Part shown: positions 51,384-64,000 of the stretch, piece by piece | How the letters are laid out: every line of letters starts with the position of its first letter | How positions within the stretch are numbered: the stretch's first letter is position 1 | Source: Chrysomallon squamiferum | Taxonomy: Eukaryota > Animalia > Mollusca | Assembly (NCBI GenBank): GCA_012295275.1 | Contig: CM022667.1 | Span: 19,778,001 to 19,842,000, forward strand | Reading direction: 5' to 3' | Length of the DNA: 64,000 nt | Program-made: the position numbers and the translations under genes | The notes under the pieces: generated by a model | Told to the model about the DNA's origin: nothing | Databases searched by the model: none | The model's input: the letters and a program-made list of their open reading frames with translations, nothing else

Positions 51384-51500
51384 CTTTCCCCGTACTGCCG
51401 CCACACACTCTTCCTGTGCGCTGTCATGGGAAACGGCAAAGCAACGACCTGCGGAAAACAAGAAGAGTCGTCGTAAGCTTTTCGCCACCGCTAGTCGGTT
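51384..51500 (-). other. Probable non-coding first exon (5' UTR) of the hexosaminidase gene; 5' end approximate
   Basis: Consensus donor GAAAG|GTGAGT at 51383-51378 in a GC/CpG-rich patch at the edge of the CpG-depleted domain; coding exon 1 has an acceptor before its ATG, so an upstream exon is required. Confidence 0.55.
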
Positions 51501-51670
51501 ATTTGTGGTTTTTACTGGGTATTAGCTGCCCATAAAGCTAACACAGCTAAGTGATTACCGGGGACTTTTAAAACGATGGTATCTTACGGTGATGGATTGT
51601 TGCGCCACTGCACGTTATGTGGGCGGGCCGATCGATTCTCATGATATGTGTGCGTAACCCTTAAGCGATG
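51480..51670 (-). promoter_or_regulatory. Putative CpG-rich promoter with GC box
   Basis: High CpG density, GGGCGG at ~51620-51626, directly upstream of the candidate first exon. Confidence 0.45.
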
Positions 51671-53672
51671 AATTACTAACCAACAAAGAGTGATAAAAAT
51701 GTCAGTGAAACCATTGACAACAGTAACACCGTTTCTGAATATTATAATGGTGCTACTTTTCATTAAATTTAATTATATTTTTATTACCTTGTTTACGTAG
51801 AAACATGATTACAAACTTCTTCTTTTTTAAATACTTTTTTTTTTTTTAAATTTTATGCGTGTTAAACAGACTTTTTATTTTCATTTCTTTTCCCCAAATT
51901 TTTTTAAATAAAATATATAAACTGAAGATTATAACGACTCAGGTGAACATAAATAATTTAATAACTCTATTCATTCTGTCAGTCTTTGCATTGTTTCTTG
52001 ACACAGAGTGATACAACAGATAACATCGACGACAAATCATTTATTATATTACACGGATTTAATTACGCCTACACCGGTAAACCATTACATCTGTCACGTC
52101 TGCTGCTCTCTTATCTCGCGATATGAATAACATTCTCTTGAATATAATCAAAAATAATTAATTCAGTCATAAAGCTGTGATCATTTCAGTATCGGGCAAT
52201 GAAAAAAAAACAAAAAACAACTCACGATCAATCTATCGATTTTTATCTTTAACATGCACGGCTGAGGGAACTTCCAGTTTTTATTTTAATCTAGACAATA
52301 CGTCACATTATCAATACGCAGTTTGTCATCCCTGACATCATCATTAGCGATGCTGGACGTTTAATAAAAAGCTGTCGATGGAAGAGAATGACAATGGAGG
52401 CGTCGAACCTGAGAATGTTTTCAACTGCCAGTCTCGTCCTGCAGAATATCTGCATTCCTACTAGTTAATATTTAAATATTATTATTATTATTATATCTAT
52501 TATATTTATTATTATTATTATTATATTTATTTTTGTTGTTGTTGTTGTTGTTGATGTTGTTATTGTTATTTTCTAATTTTTAAATTATTTTAATTATAAT
52601 TATTATTATATTACATTAAATAAATTCTAACTCCTGCCATTCGGAAACACAAACATTATTTTATATATTTTATTTATTTCATTGATATATTACATTATAG
52701 TACTAAATTACATGAACTGGGTTTCAAATCTTTATTTCTGGAGGAAACAGCGTCTTCAAATTTTGCTGAGCATCCCCACCCCAAGTTAACATACATATAC
52801 GATAAAGTAAATAAACATATAAATATATAAATTACTGTTATTGTTGTTCTCACTGTCGTTCTTGTCATTATTTTAATTAATGTTGTTGTTGTTGGTATAT
52901 TTGTTTGTGGCTGCTATTGTTTTTATTTATTTATTTATTTTTAACAACTAGTAAACAAATAGCTTTTTTTTTTTTTTTTTTTTAACTCTCGTTTTGAAGT
53001 ATTTCACTGCAGCGTCGAATTCTGATATTTATATTATGGGTCAACGATATCAACGGATGTAATAGATTGTAACCCGGATGTTCCGGAAATATGTCTAGCT
53101 TTTGTCGTAAGGAAGCCAGATAATTTATCTGTTCTAAATTATATAAACATAATAGATATATCACTGCAATTGAAAAACTGAGAGATTCTTTGACCTCATA
53201 ATTATGTATAATATCTATATTTAGCCAGCCAGTAAAACGATAACTAAATTTATTATCGGCAACTGAAAATAAAACCGTATTTTAGTCAAACATAGTTTAT
53301 ACACAGCTTATGTCGATCCATAGCAGCGAAACGGCAGACGTACGCTTGGGGACTGGAATAAACAATGGGATGACGTCACTCGGAAACGAACAATTAATCT
53401 AAACGTAAACGCAATAGCTGCTGTTCCACTATCAAGTTTCGAACAAAAATATATCGCTATTAAATGTAAGTACATCTGTATAATAACAAACATCGATCTG
53501 TATCACATACAAAAATGACAAAAATGAGTAATTTATAATTTAAAAACAGTTCACTGTATAACATGTATCATTATTATATGAAATACTATAAAATGTTAAC
53601 AGTTCGAAATGCATTATAAAAGGCTACAATAATTATATTTAAAATATACAAATTTGATTAATTAATTAATTA

Positions 53673-53729
<57 letters not shown>

Positions 53730-54015
53730 TTAATTTTTTTTTTTAATTTTTTTTTTTTAACTCTCTTATTCACAGAACCTAAATGATTGTATCAGAATTA
53801 CCAATGGACAGCAATAGATAACAATTTGCATCACCTGTGTAGTAATGACAGGTAGTTCTGTGAAATACTAGGTAATGACAACAAAGAGGTTCGGAACAAT
53901 ACGCTGTAATGATGAACACGTCTGCGATCGGAATGAATTGATCGGGAGAAAGGTTAATTGACCATATCTCGTCCTCAGCTGCTTTTATTGTCATCAAAAC
54001 ATAGCACAATCTGTT

Positions 54016-54090
<75 letters not shown>

Positions 54091-54894
54091 GTGATTCTTG
54101 TTTTTTGTTTTGTTTTATATACATTTAATAATCGGGTTTTTTGTTTTTTTTAATGTGTAACCCTACCATGGCTTACCTCGGACAGCTGAAATCAGCACCA
54201 ACGAGGTCCGACGTTGTTAAATATACGTCAGCATTCCATCACAACACGACGATTCTAGGTCGAAGTGCGTCCGTAACAACGTTTGACAAAACGGACACGT
54301 TAATTAAAACTACAAGCGAGTGCTGTGTGTGCTTGTCAGATCCTGCAAACGTACAGACTACGCTATTCATATCTGAAGTCATTTGTGACCTCCAATATAT
54401 TCTACTCTAGAATGAATAATCTTCCATTTCGCTTTTGAGAAATATCACAAAAGATTTTCATCAATTCTTATGAAGGGCGGGTTCCCTTTTATGTACACAA
54501 TTCTGTTTCTATTCACACAGAAAAAAAGCAAGCGCTAGATGCAGTCCGCGCTAAGGAAAACACATTTTAAAATGAACGTTTGTAATATGAGATTATTACC
54601 GATTCGGAGATCTCCAGACTTGTTAACTGCAAACGTAAATAATTCAGAATATTATCTATAATTACCACTGCAGAACGAAATAACATGAATAATAATAGTT
54701 ATTACGAGTCAGACGTTTATCTGATGAGACGAAAACCTGCTAATGCTATTCCACCTAATCTGATTAACAAGAATAATAAACATCACAGAAAGTACATCAC
54801 CCAGATGTTTGAATCGCAAACACAGGCAGAAAGAGTTCAGAGGATAGATCCCGGGACCCTCGAGACTTGTGATAAATGTAATACAGTTTTATAC

Positions 54895-55060
54895 CAGTGA
54901 TATTTGTGATGCTCGTCTTAATCAGTCGTATCAGTGGTATCTGTGATACATCTCTATATCAGTGGTATCTGTGATACATCTCGTCTTAATCAGTGGTATC
55001 TGTGATACATCTCTATATCAGTGGTATCTGTGATACATCTCTATATCAGTCGTATCTGCA
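54895..55060. repeat. ~28-bp degenerate minisatellite (4-5 copies)
   Basis: Unit cagtggtatctgtgatacatctctatat. Confidence 0.85.
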
Positions 55061-56029
55061 GCGCACGCCTGAATACTGTTTTATCTTTACTACTGGCGTA
55101 TACCTGTGATATCGTTTACGTAAGCTAAAACATATACCAGTGATATCTGAAATACTGGCCAGAACCTGTGATATCTGCAGCAAATGTGTATATCAGTGAT
55201 ACCTGTATTGCAGGCCTAAATCACTGATAGCTATGATGCAGTGAGAGTAAGAAACCATTAAGGTTTTTTTTTTCTTCAATTTGTTTTTAAAACTATAATC
55301 GCCGTAGTCAACACTGAATGCAGCAGTGAGGCATCTGGTTTAATTTAACAGGTGCAATATTTACTGATATTATATATATACTGTGATGACGCTGCCTGTC
55401 AGAGCAGTTGGACTGTACAGTACACAGTAAGACACGTGCTTATTTACAACTTGTTATATTTTCTTAAGAAATGGACGACTAGATTCCTGTTTTTCTTTAA
55501 ACTCTTAAAAACGCGGCGGTATCTTTGGCTAGAAATATTACGTTGTTAATTTGACAGATATATTTTCTTAGCAGTGTGTTTTGTTCGTTAACAAACTGTT
55601 TTCCTGTATGTTCCACGCTGATATATTTACCGACTAAAACATAACACGTGACCGTCCTTTATAATTATATTTATAGGCGCAAATCCAGGTTTCTTTCTTC
55701 TTGTGTCACGAGGATTGAGTGCAGAGATCTCGTCTGCCAGCGTGAAGAAAAACAGTGTCTATTGACCTTACAAATATTCACGCTTGAGTTTCAAATTCCG
55801 GCTAAAACAAAGCAAATATGTATCCTTACTTTTTGTTTACAGAATATATAAAGCGGTTAAACAGGACACTTACTGCGATAGTGTGGTTATAATCAATTTA
55901 ACCGAAAGACATTGCATTCATGGGAGGATTGAACCTGCTCAATTCTATGCATTATTTTTTTGAACACGAAGCATATTAACAACATCAACCAAAATCCCCA
56001 GATAGAGAAAAAAAAAAAGAATAGAATAA

Positions 56030-56108
<79 letters not shown>

Positions 56109-57818
56109 TTGGAACAAAAACAGAGGGGAAAACTCCCTACCATAACCCTACAACAAACAAAGATCATTACTATAATTTTATTTCTCAGCTTATGTAATTA
56201 TATATATGGAACTGTGACCTCGGGGGATGCGATTCTCAAAGCTGTTCTCGTCTGGTTGTTTCATATCGCCAAGGGCTTGATTAGTTTTCGCTTAGAGATA
56301 ACATTACACAGTATTATGATACAGCCAGATACTGTGACGTAACGCTCTTACCTAACACCGCCAGGAGTTGTATTAGAATTTCAAAACAATTAGCTATTGA
56401 AAGTAATACTTAGTTTTAATTACGTCACTTCCTTGAAGCAAAATAAATTAAACTAAGCGTGTCTTTGGCGTGCTGTTATTTTTTTTTTTTTTTTCCTTAA
56501 ATGATTTTTTTTTTGTTAAGTATTTTGATAAACATTTTCAAAAACAAGATTATTTCAATAAAACTTAAAGAAGTTTATTTATTGTTTTCAGTTATCGTAT
56601 TATTTTGTTTATTTTCAATAGATTTAATATCATTTATTTAAGCAATTATTGTTTCTATCCATCATAACCGTCTTCATCAGTAAAATTAATTAAATACTAA
56701 CACTTACGTCTTACTTTTCAACACGAGATAAAACAAGTATGAACAGCTCCACAGAAGATGAGGTTAAATTCATTACAGCTATCTCCATCTAACACGTCAC
56801 CCGTCTCTTTATCTGCGAATTAACTGGACACGAGTAATGATTTTCTTTCGCTTTCAATAGAAAATAATCGTCCACTCACTGACTCCCGCAGGCAGACTGC
56901 GGTGGTTCGTACGGCGGCAGTCTTTACAACGTCTACAATAATGTTTACCGTTTTGGACGTTCCGTTATCATGAACGGGCAATGTTTTACTGTTGAACAAA
57001 CAGTGCTTCTCGCAGAGTACACATTCCCACACACAGGACCCGTCTCATGTACGATCTGTCATTAATGGCCTTGGGATACCGTGTATCTTATATCTGCATC
57101 GAAATACACATAATTAATTACAAACAGTTTGAACCGAAAAGGTATTTCTTTATATGCGCTTCTTCCGCGATACGAACTCGTTACACAGTGGACGGCGTTT
57201 TACTGAAATTTTAATTTACATCCGCTATGCCTGTGTTGATTACATGTCTGGTAATGTTTTGCGGTCCATTTCTTTAAGTCGGAGATATGTAGGTTAATAA
57301 TGATTTAGTGTTAATATTTAAAGTACATCAAGGGAGTTAATTACCTAACGAAAAGTAACCTTGGATACGTGTTTGTCAGTTGACAGAAAGATGACAGAAA
57401 GATGACAGATAGATGTAAAATAATTTTTACTGCCAACATACGCGAGTTTCGTTGGAATTTCAATTTTATTGGTCACGGTATTTTCGTTTCCTTTTTCTTT
57501 TTTTTTTTTTTTTCACTTTCTTTCTTTCTTTCTTTCTTTTTTTGTTGTTGTTGTTGTTGGTGGTGTTGTTGTTTCTGGAGAGCTTTCTAAATATTTAAAT
57601 AATCAATCAAAAACCAGTTTTACACGAAGAAGGAAATTACACCGATGTAAACATTAACTCAACCCGTTTTTCTTGTTTAAAGATGAAACTAAATATTTTC
57701 CCTTTTATTTTATTTTATTTTTGTTTATAGGAGTGGATTTCTGTTTATTTACTTATATTTTTTTTTTTTTTTTATATATACATATATATGTGTGTGTTTG
57801 TGTGAGTGTGTGTGTGTT

Positions 57819-57900
<82 letters not shown>

Positions 57901-58536
57901 GTGTGTGTGTGTGTGTGTGACTGTTACTGCTTACTGATACTGCATGTTCATTTTAACAATTATTTCATAACCAGGGAATCGTACACTTACGAAGGCGTTG
58001 ATGTAGCTGTCGAAACATTGCTGTTTGATACACGCTGCCACCACAGTGCTTCGAACGTTTGTTCATCATCTTAAACACGTGCTGGAACAAACACAACACA
58101 GCGGCACGGATTTGTCAAACAGTTTTTTTCAACCTGCGCTCGGTTTGTCAAACAAGCGCTGGTGGCGGATAAGGCACGACATGCAAATCATCAAGCGATC
58201 AGCAGCGGCAACCTGTACGACGTTTGTTAACCCGTGACATCAACCCGCCCATCTCAGCCAACTGTGCTGACCCCAGTTTGTGTTACAGACGTAACATTAA
58301 ACTCGTTGAGTGTTGTTCGTTCAGTTCTCTCTGTCTCTTACTCTCTTTCTCTCTCTCACATTTAGATGTTTTCAAGTGTCAGGGTAAATTACTGCAAAGG
58401 TTTCTGCAAAGTTTTTTTTTAAATTCTGTCTTTTATATTTTACTTATACGTAAGAAAATAGGTAATAAAAAAAAGAAAGAAAATGGCGATCTCGATCTTT
58501 TTCTTTTAATAACAACAACAACATCAACATCAACAT

Positions 58537-58577
<41 letters not shown>

Positions 58578-59543
58578 TCAACAAACTAAATAAAACAATA
58601 ACTTGAAAATACACAAAATATTTGATTATTTTATCAATTAAGTGACAAAGATATTTTCATCATTTCGAAAATCTTTTTGTTTTTCCCATTTACTTGCTGA
58701 TTATTATATGAAATTTCTGCTATGTGTTTGTTAGAACGGTCACCAGCTCCAACTAATAATCAAAGCACAGACAATACGAGTTTACACTCACCTCGCCTCT
58801 ACTCAGACTTTCAGCGAAGTTCCAGAGAGTGCCCGGTGTCAAGTATACAAATAAATACCACTGAAATTGTGTTTTAGTCTTCAGCTGACTTACAACATTC
58901 GACACAGATTGGTGGCCAGTTCAGAAACAGAAAACATATCCATTAGTAAAAAGCAGGGGCGATTGATTCCATGGTGAATAGAAGGATTTATCTTGAATGT
59001 GTTTTTCTGTACTCTTTTCTTATCTAGATTAGTTAAATTACTAACAAAACTAGCTGGAGTCTGCTATAACTAACCAATTTGTCCGCTCTTGTGACAGCAT
59101 CACGCGCAGACCAACACAGTCAGGTATTTATTTATCCATCGGGGAAATATCGATTTGCCGAGTAATAAATCGATTCATTGAGTTGATTATCAAACCGCGC
59201 ACCTGACTTGTGTTTGATCCTCGAAGCACTGATGCGTGGAGCAAGTAGTTAATTATGGAGTCGTGATTTCAGCTGAAAAGAAATCCATGGAGATAAAGCA
59301 ACAGTCACGGGCAGTGCATTACCGGTGTTTGAAAACTCGCAGTCGTGGTGATCTCTGAACTTCAGTGTTCTGAATCGAACGGAAAATTACCCGGTTAGTC
59401 ATCTTTCTCTGGAGTATCCCACACGATGAATCAAAAACTGATCCTTATCACTGGGTTTAAAAACAAGACTATTTGTTATTTGTTGTTCGTGCAGTACATT
59501 TTCAAACTGGTTAGCTTGATTTTTACTTTCATAATCATTATTT

Positions 59544-59597
<54 letters not shown>

Positions 59598-61203
59598 ATA
59601 TGCACGAACACGTGTATTTGTATGCAGGTGCAGATAGAGGTCTATGTTTGTATGATGCTGATTTTCAGAAAGAATAAAGTAAAAGAGAAATGATTAGAAT
59701 GACATCATGGCGGATGCAAGTAACTTTTTACACAGTTCTGTATCGACAGTCTAAATCAATACAAATTTTAAAAAATTATTTTAAACGTTTGACCTTTAAC
59801 AAAACAGGAAAATGATCTTGATGGAAATGCTTTACAATAATGGATTAATAATTTCGGATTATCCCAACGCACGAATCCTGAATCAAATGTCTGACAATTA
59901 ATTTCCTATAAAAATAATGGTGGATTCAACGGTACAATTGCAGATTTTTGACACGGATATTAAATATCTAGACAGCAAACAATATTCTTTGTAACCAATT
60001 GGTTCTGTTTATTGGTGGGGTTTTTTTTTTTTTTTTTTTTTTTACTTCTGCCATGAAGGCAGACTTTCTAAATTGCTGCTAAAGACAAAGCGACTAATTA
60101 ATTGTTTATAACGTAACCTTCTGAATAGCAGACCTTTCCTTATAAACATGGCTATATCCGCCCCAAGAGGATATCGTTTAACATAAAGATTTTATCCGCA
60201 CGCCGAACACGAGAGGAATTCTCACAGTCCTAGACATTGTTTTGAAATAACTTTTTGGTTTTTTTCAGATGTGGAAATTGCTGTAACCTACTTCTTATGT
60301 CACTCGTGTTATCGGTTCTGCAAGACGTCTGTTTACGTTTCAAACACAACGAGCTACAAATATTTTTATTATCACAATTCCTATTTCAAAGGCACATTGC
60401 TTTTCTCTCTTAAAGCTGATGCAGGCACGAAACTTGGCCGTCGTTAGGTCTGATATATTAGGCTGTTTCCCGTTCTGACTGAAGTTCATTCTGTTTTTGA
60501 GGAAAACACCATATAAATTATAATTGTTGAGACTAAGTGAAAAGACTAGCGGGTTTCCTCACTCAGTTTTATCTTTATTCGAGAAATTATATTTCTATCT
60601 GATTACTTGATAGTTGTTAATAATTACAACTGCAGAAGTAATAAATAACAGTTGTTCATTCAGTGAAATAACTGCTTTACCCTTTCACCACAAACAGTTT
60701 GAATCCAGGAAGAGAACCGTTATAAACAGTCGATGTTCGTATCTCATCCAGGATGTTGACACTTTTAAACGGGAGGAACTGACTGTTTTACGTCATTCAA
60801 CTTATCATAAGGTCAGAATAATGTAAACCATTCAGCTGGCTGAAGTTTTAGTTGTTTTTTTTAAAAATAAAAAGCACTGTTGCCAACATCCGAAATATCA
60901 CGAAGCAGTAATTTGGCTAATTAAAATTAAAATGTTATTATTAATAATAAATCAGACATGTTGATTAAGATTAGTATTTGATATATATATATATGTGTGT
61001 GTGTGTGTATATATATTAAATTCCTCATGCATCACATTCGATGTAGTAGTAAGCCTCTCTTGTATTTGGTTACTGTTCATAATCATTTTATGCCTTCACA
61101 ACGTAATTTATTATTATGTTCAGGAATTTTGTCGTTTTAAATTTTCTCTTGCAAAATTAATAACGAAGGCTAGCAGCATTTTCGTCTATATTTTTGGACT
61201 GGT

Positions 61204-61239
<36 letters not shown>

Positions 61240-63580
61240 CGATGGTATCGGTCTGTTAAAAATATTTTCTTCATGTAAATATTTGTGTTTACAGACAGAC
61301 AAGAAAACTAACTGACTGAAGTTATAAATTATCACACCGTTTTCATTTCGAGTAATGTCGAGAAACGGAGAAAACAAGCTTACTATGCAGTGTCACCTAG
61401 ACCTCGTTCTTCTAAATAAAGTGATCGTTGAAGCGATCAGATCACTATTACCTTTCTTTGTGCCGCTGTAAGCTGAATCCTCGCGAACTGGTATAACCTC
61501 AGTTAGAAGGTTTGATACGTATAACCGTTTGTGTGTGTGTATGAGGTAATGATGAAGACTGGGTGTTCTATGTCTTGCCTGGTTAATTCCAGTACTACCA
61601 GCAAGAACACAGTTGGGCCATGTATCCAGTTCAGGCGATCTGTTTAAAATCGATTTCACGCCGAACTGAGTATTCACAATTTACAGTCTTCTTCATCATC
61701 GTGTTCCATCCGTGAAATGTTCTCTTCAACAAATGTGTGCTTTAGTTTAGTACGAGGTGTCTTTTAATTCGTAATTAAAACGGAGTCTATTTTTCATTTG
61801 TCTTCTGTGGATTTTTTTAATTATTATTATTATTATTATTAATTTTTTCTTCAGGTTATTATTACATATATATATATGTAATAATAACCTGAAAAAAAAA
61901 TATATATATATATATATGTGTGTGTGTTGTATTAACACGAAACCCGGTGTATTATGCCGTTGCATAGCATGATCGATTAGCAATAAGGAATTTTTATTAT
62001 TACAAACATTTGCATATACATTTGCCAAAAAAAAAAAACCCACAAACGACTCCTTTGATAAAAGATCTTGAAATAACTTTGCAACGGTGAAAAAACAAAC
62101 AAATAACAACTAAAAAAACAACAACTAGGAGAGATAAGAACAATAATAGCAACCACGATGTAAAGCGGTCTGTTGTCATAAATATGGCAGTTATTAACTG
62201 CCGCAGTGATCGACTAATCGAATGTCTCGTGCATTATTTAGTGACTGGACGCACCAACAGATGACTGGAAATCTTGTAGCGCGCGCTCTTAGTGCGCGCT
62301 GCACGTCACAAAGACTTGTAAGAGTTGCCTATGTCTTAATTAAGAATTAAAACCTACTCGAAGACAGGATTTAATACTACCTGAACGGGAAATCGATGCT
62401 GTCGACCACAATGCATCGACTGCGAATTAATCCCATGTCGACTTGTTATCTCCAGAATTAACTCGAAAATTTCACATACTAGTTCGTGTGAACGTTCTCG
62501 TGGGAAGACTGCGCGTTCTTGATCACTATCGTAATACAAAATTATTTATTTATTTATTTATTGCTTTATTATTATATGCATACTTGTTTCGCTTCTTATT
62601 ACCATGTTGTAGTGAAATAAATAATAGATAGAGATGTAGATAGATAGATAGATAGATAGAGAGAGAAGAGAGATAGACCATACTTTGTTAAATACAAAAT
62701 TATTTGTTAGTTTACTGTTTGTTAGTACATAAGTTAGTCTTATATACTGTATATTATCTTAATCATTATGTAAAATATGTCCACTTATTTAAGATGGTTA
62801 GTATTTCACATTAATATATATAAAGTTCAAACATTGGTTTAATATAAAATACGAACTTGTATTACACTGAATGACTATTTACTGTAAATGCCATGCGTAC
62901 TTGTTTACGTTTTCCTGTCATCTATATGTGGTTTGACATTCTTATTTACTTATATTTCTTTTTTATGTTTTTTCTTTCACTTTTCATTAGACACTGTCGA
63001 TGAAATTGTAAATACTTCTGTCTAAATGTCGCGAGACTTTTTGTTCGTTTTTAGCGTTTAAATAATTCAATTAAAAATACATTAACTTGTTAAATATGGA
63101 TACCCTTAATGAATAAAATATAATTTTCACATAAAAGGTATAAGAAAATAATGAACTAGTAAAATCAGTTTACAAAAGCAACGACAGCAACGACAATTTT
63201 ACATATAAGGTATTATTTTTAAAAAAATCATCAAATCAATATCAACACCAGTAACTATCACAACAACAAATACTGTCATATAAAATACAAACATCAACTA
63301 CTACTACAACAAAAACACCAACATTAAAAAAAAAATAACAAGAACTAACCTCAATCACTTACTAAAAGTACACTTAGCTATATTCCTTATAATGCCACTC
63401 ACTGTGTTAAATATCAAGCGTCAAACCATCTACTGGATGGCGAGGAGTTTTCGTGAATTACGTTCGTCGTGTTTAAGTGGACCAATCAGTGGCCACTGCC
63501 AGCAATACTGGTTCGCTCACGAGAGCGCGAGTAACCAGTCGTCAAGACGGACAAAATTTACACACGTTTGACATTAATTG

Positions 63581-63612
<32 letters not shown>

Positions 63613-64000
63613 ACACCAGAACTCGAAGACAAAACGACAAAGCTCCGGAATTTTAATTTTTTTAAAATAATAATGAAACTGCTCGAGATTTTCACCAGCC
63701 AAACAAACAGTTCGTGGGTTGAGAGGCGTAGCTTAAGACACGCAGATGAAAGCAATAATTGAAGAACCAGTGGTTTCAAAAACGAGAAATTATTTATTGG
63801 TCGGGACACCTTGGCAGAAGAAATATTAGATTACAACTGGTCTGAGCGATTACAACAAATTACACACAGACAAATGAAAGGTATTAGTGTGATCGTTCAG
63901 AAGTATTCCAGTTCTCGGAGAGACTGGTCGTGAACACGATGCTAATTGTAGATAAGGAAAACTCATCAAGTTTCAAATCTGTGTTAATGCGTCAATAAAC

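Noticed and set aside
51153-51488. 111-aa ORF (MAKSLRRLFLF...) as a mitochondrial-type leader
   Set aside because: Starts at GTG and runs into microsatellite; spliced to 31278 this frame stops after four codons.
55915-55945. B-box-like GGTTCAATCC on the minus strand (similar weak hits at ~21905 and ~54850)
   Set aside because: No A box at proper spacing and no tRNA cloverleaf; at most unrecognisable SINE debris.
56894-56923. GC-rich hairpin (agactgc...gcagtct) as a Helitron 3' end or terminator
   Set aside because: Only a 7-bp stem with a poorly paired interior and no downstream CTRR terminus; bacterial-type terminators do not apply here.
61393-61677. 94-aa ORF, and the similar ORFs at 53779-54009, 54141-54410 and 2041-2337
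   Set aside because: Non-ATG or weak starts, no recognisable domain and no consistent splice partners.

Overview
AT-rich, microsatellite-dense animal (invertebrate, probably molluscan/lophotrochozoan; inference) genomic DNA. The one well-supported gene is a minus-strand GH20 beta-N-acetylhexosaminidase (HEXA/HEXB family). I reconstructed it by hand from 14 coding exons (31262 to 11695; all GT-AG, phases close, 3048 nt = 1015 aa), with a probable non-coding first exon and CpG-rich promoter near 51.4-51.7 kb. The protein has an unusual layout: signal peptide, ~280-aa polyQ/low-complexity pro-region, intact catalytic core (HLGGDE), Cys/dibasic-rich stalk and a C-terminal two-helix membrane anchor, with three RGD motifs outside the core. 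The introns carry many distinct minisatellites, several starting at splice junctions: one multiplies a whole 3' splice site into three stop-producing decoys, another makes a ~1 kb AG-free zone. Also present: two small TIR (MITE-like) elements, a SINE-like head, recurrent RUNX/GATA/AP-1/CRE/ETS motif clusters and a CpG-depleted domain matching the transcription unit. Nearly all other ORFs in the track are repeat artefacts. Repeat boundaries and copy numbers are approximate.
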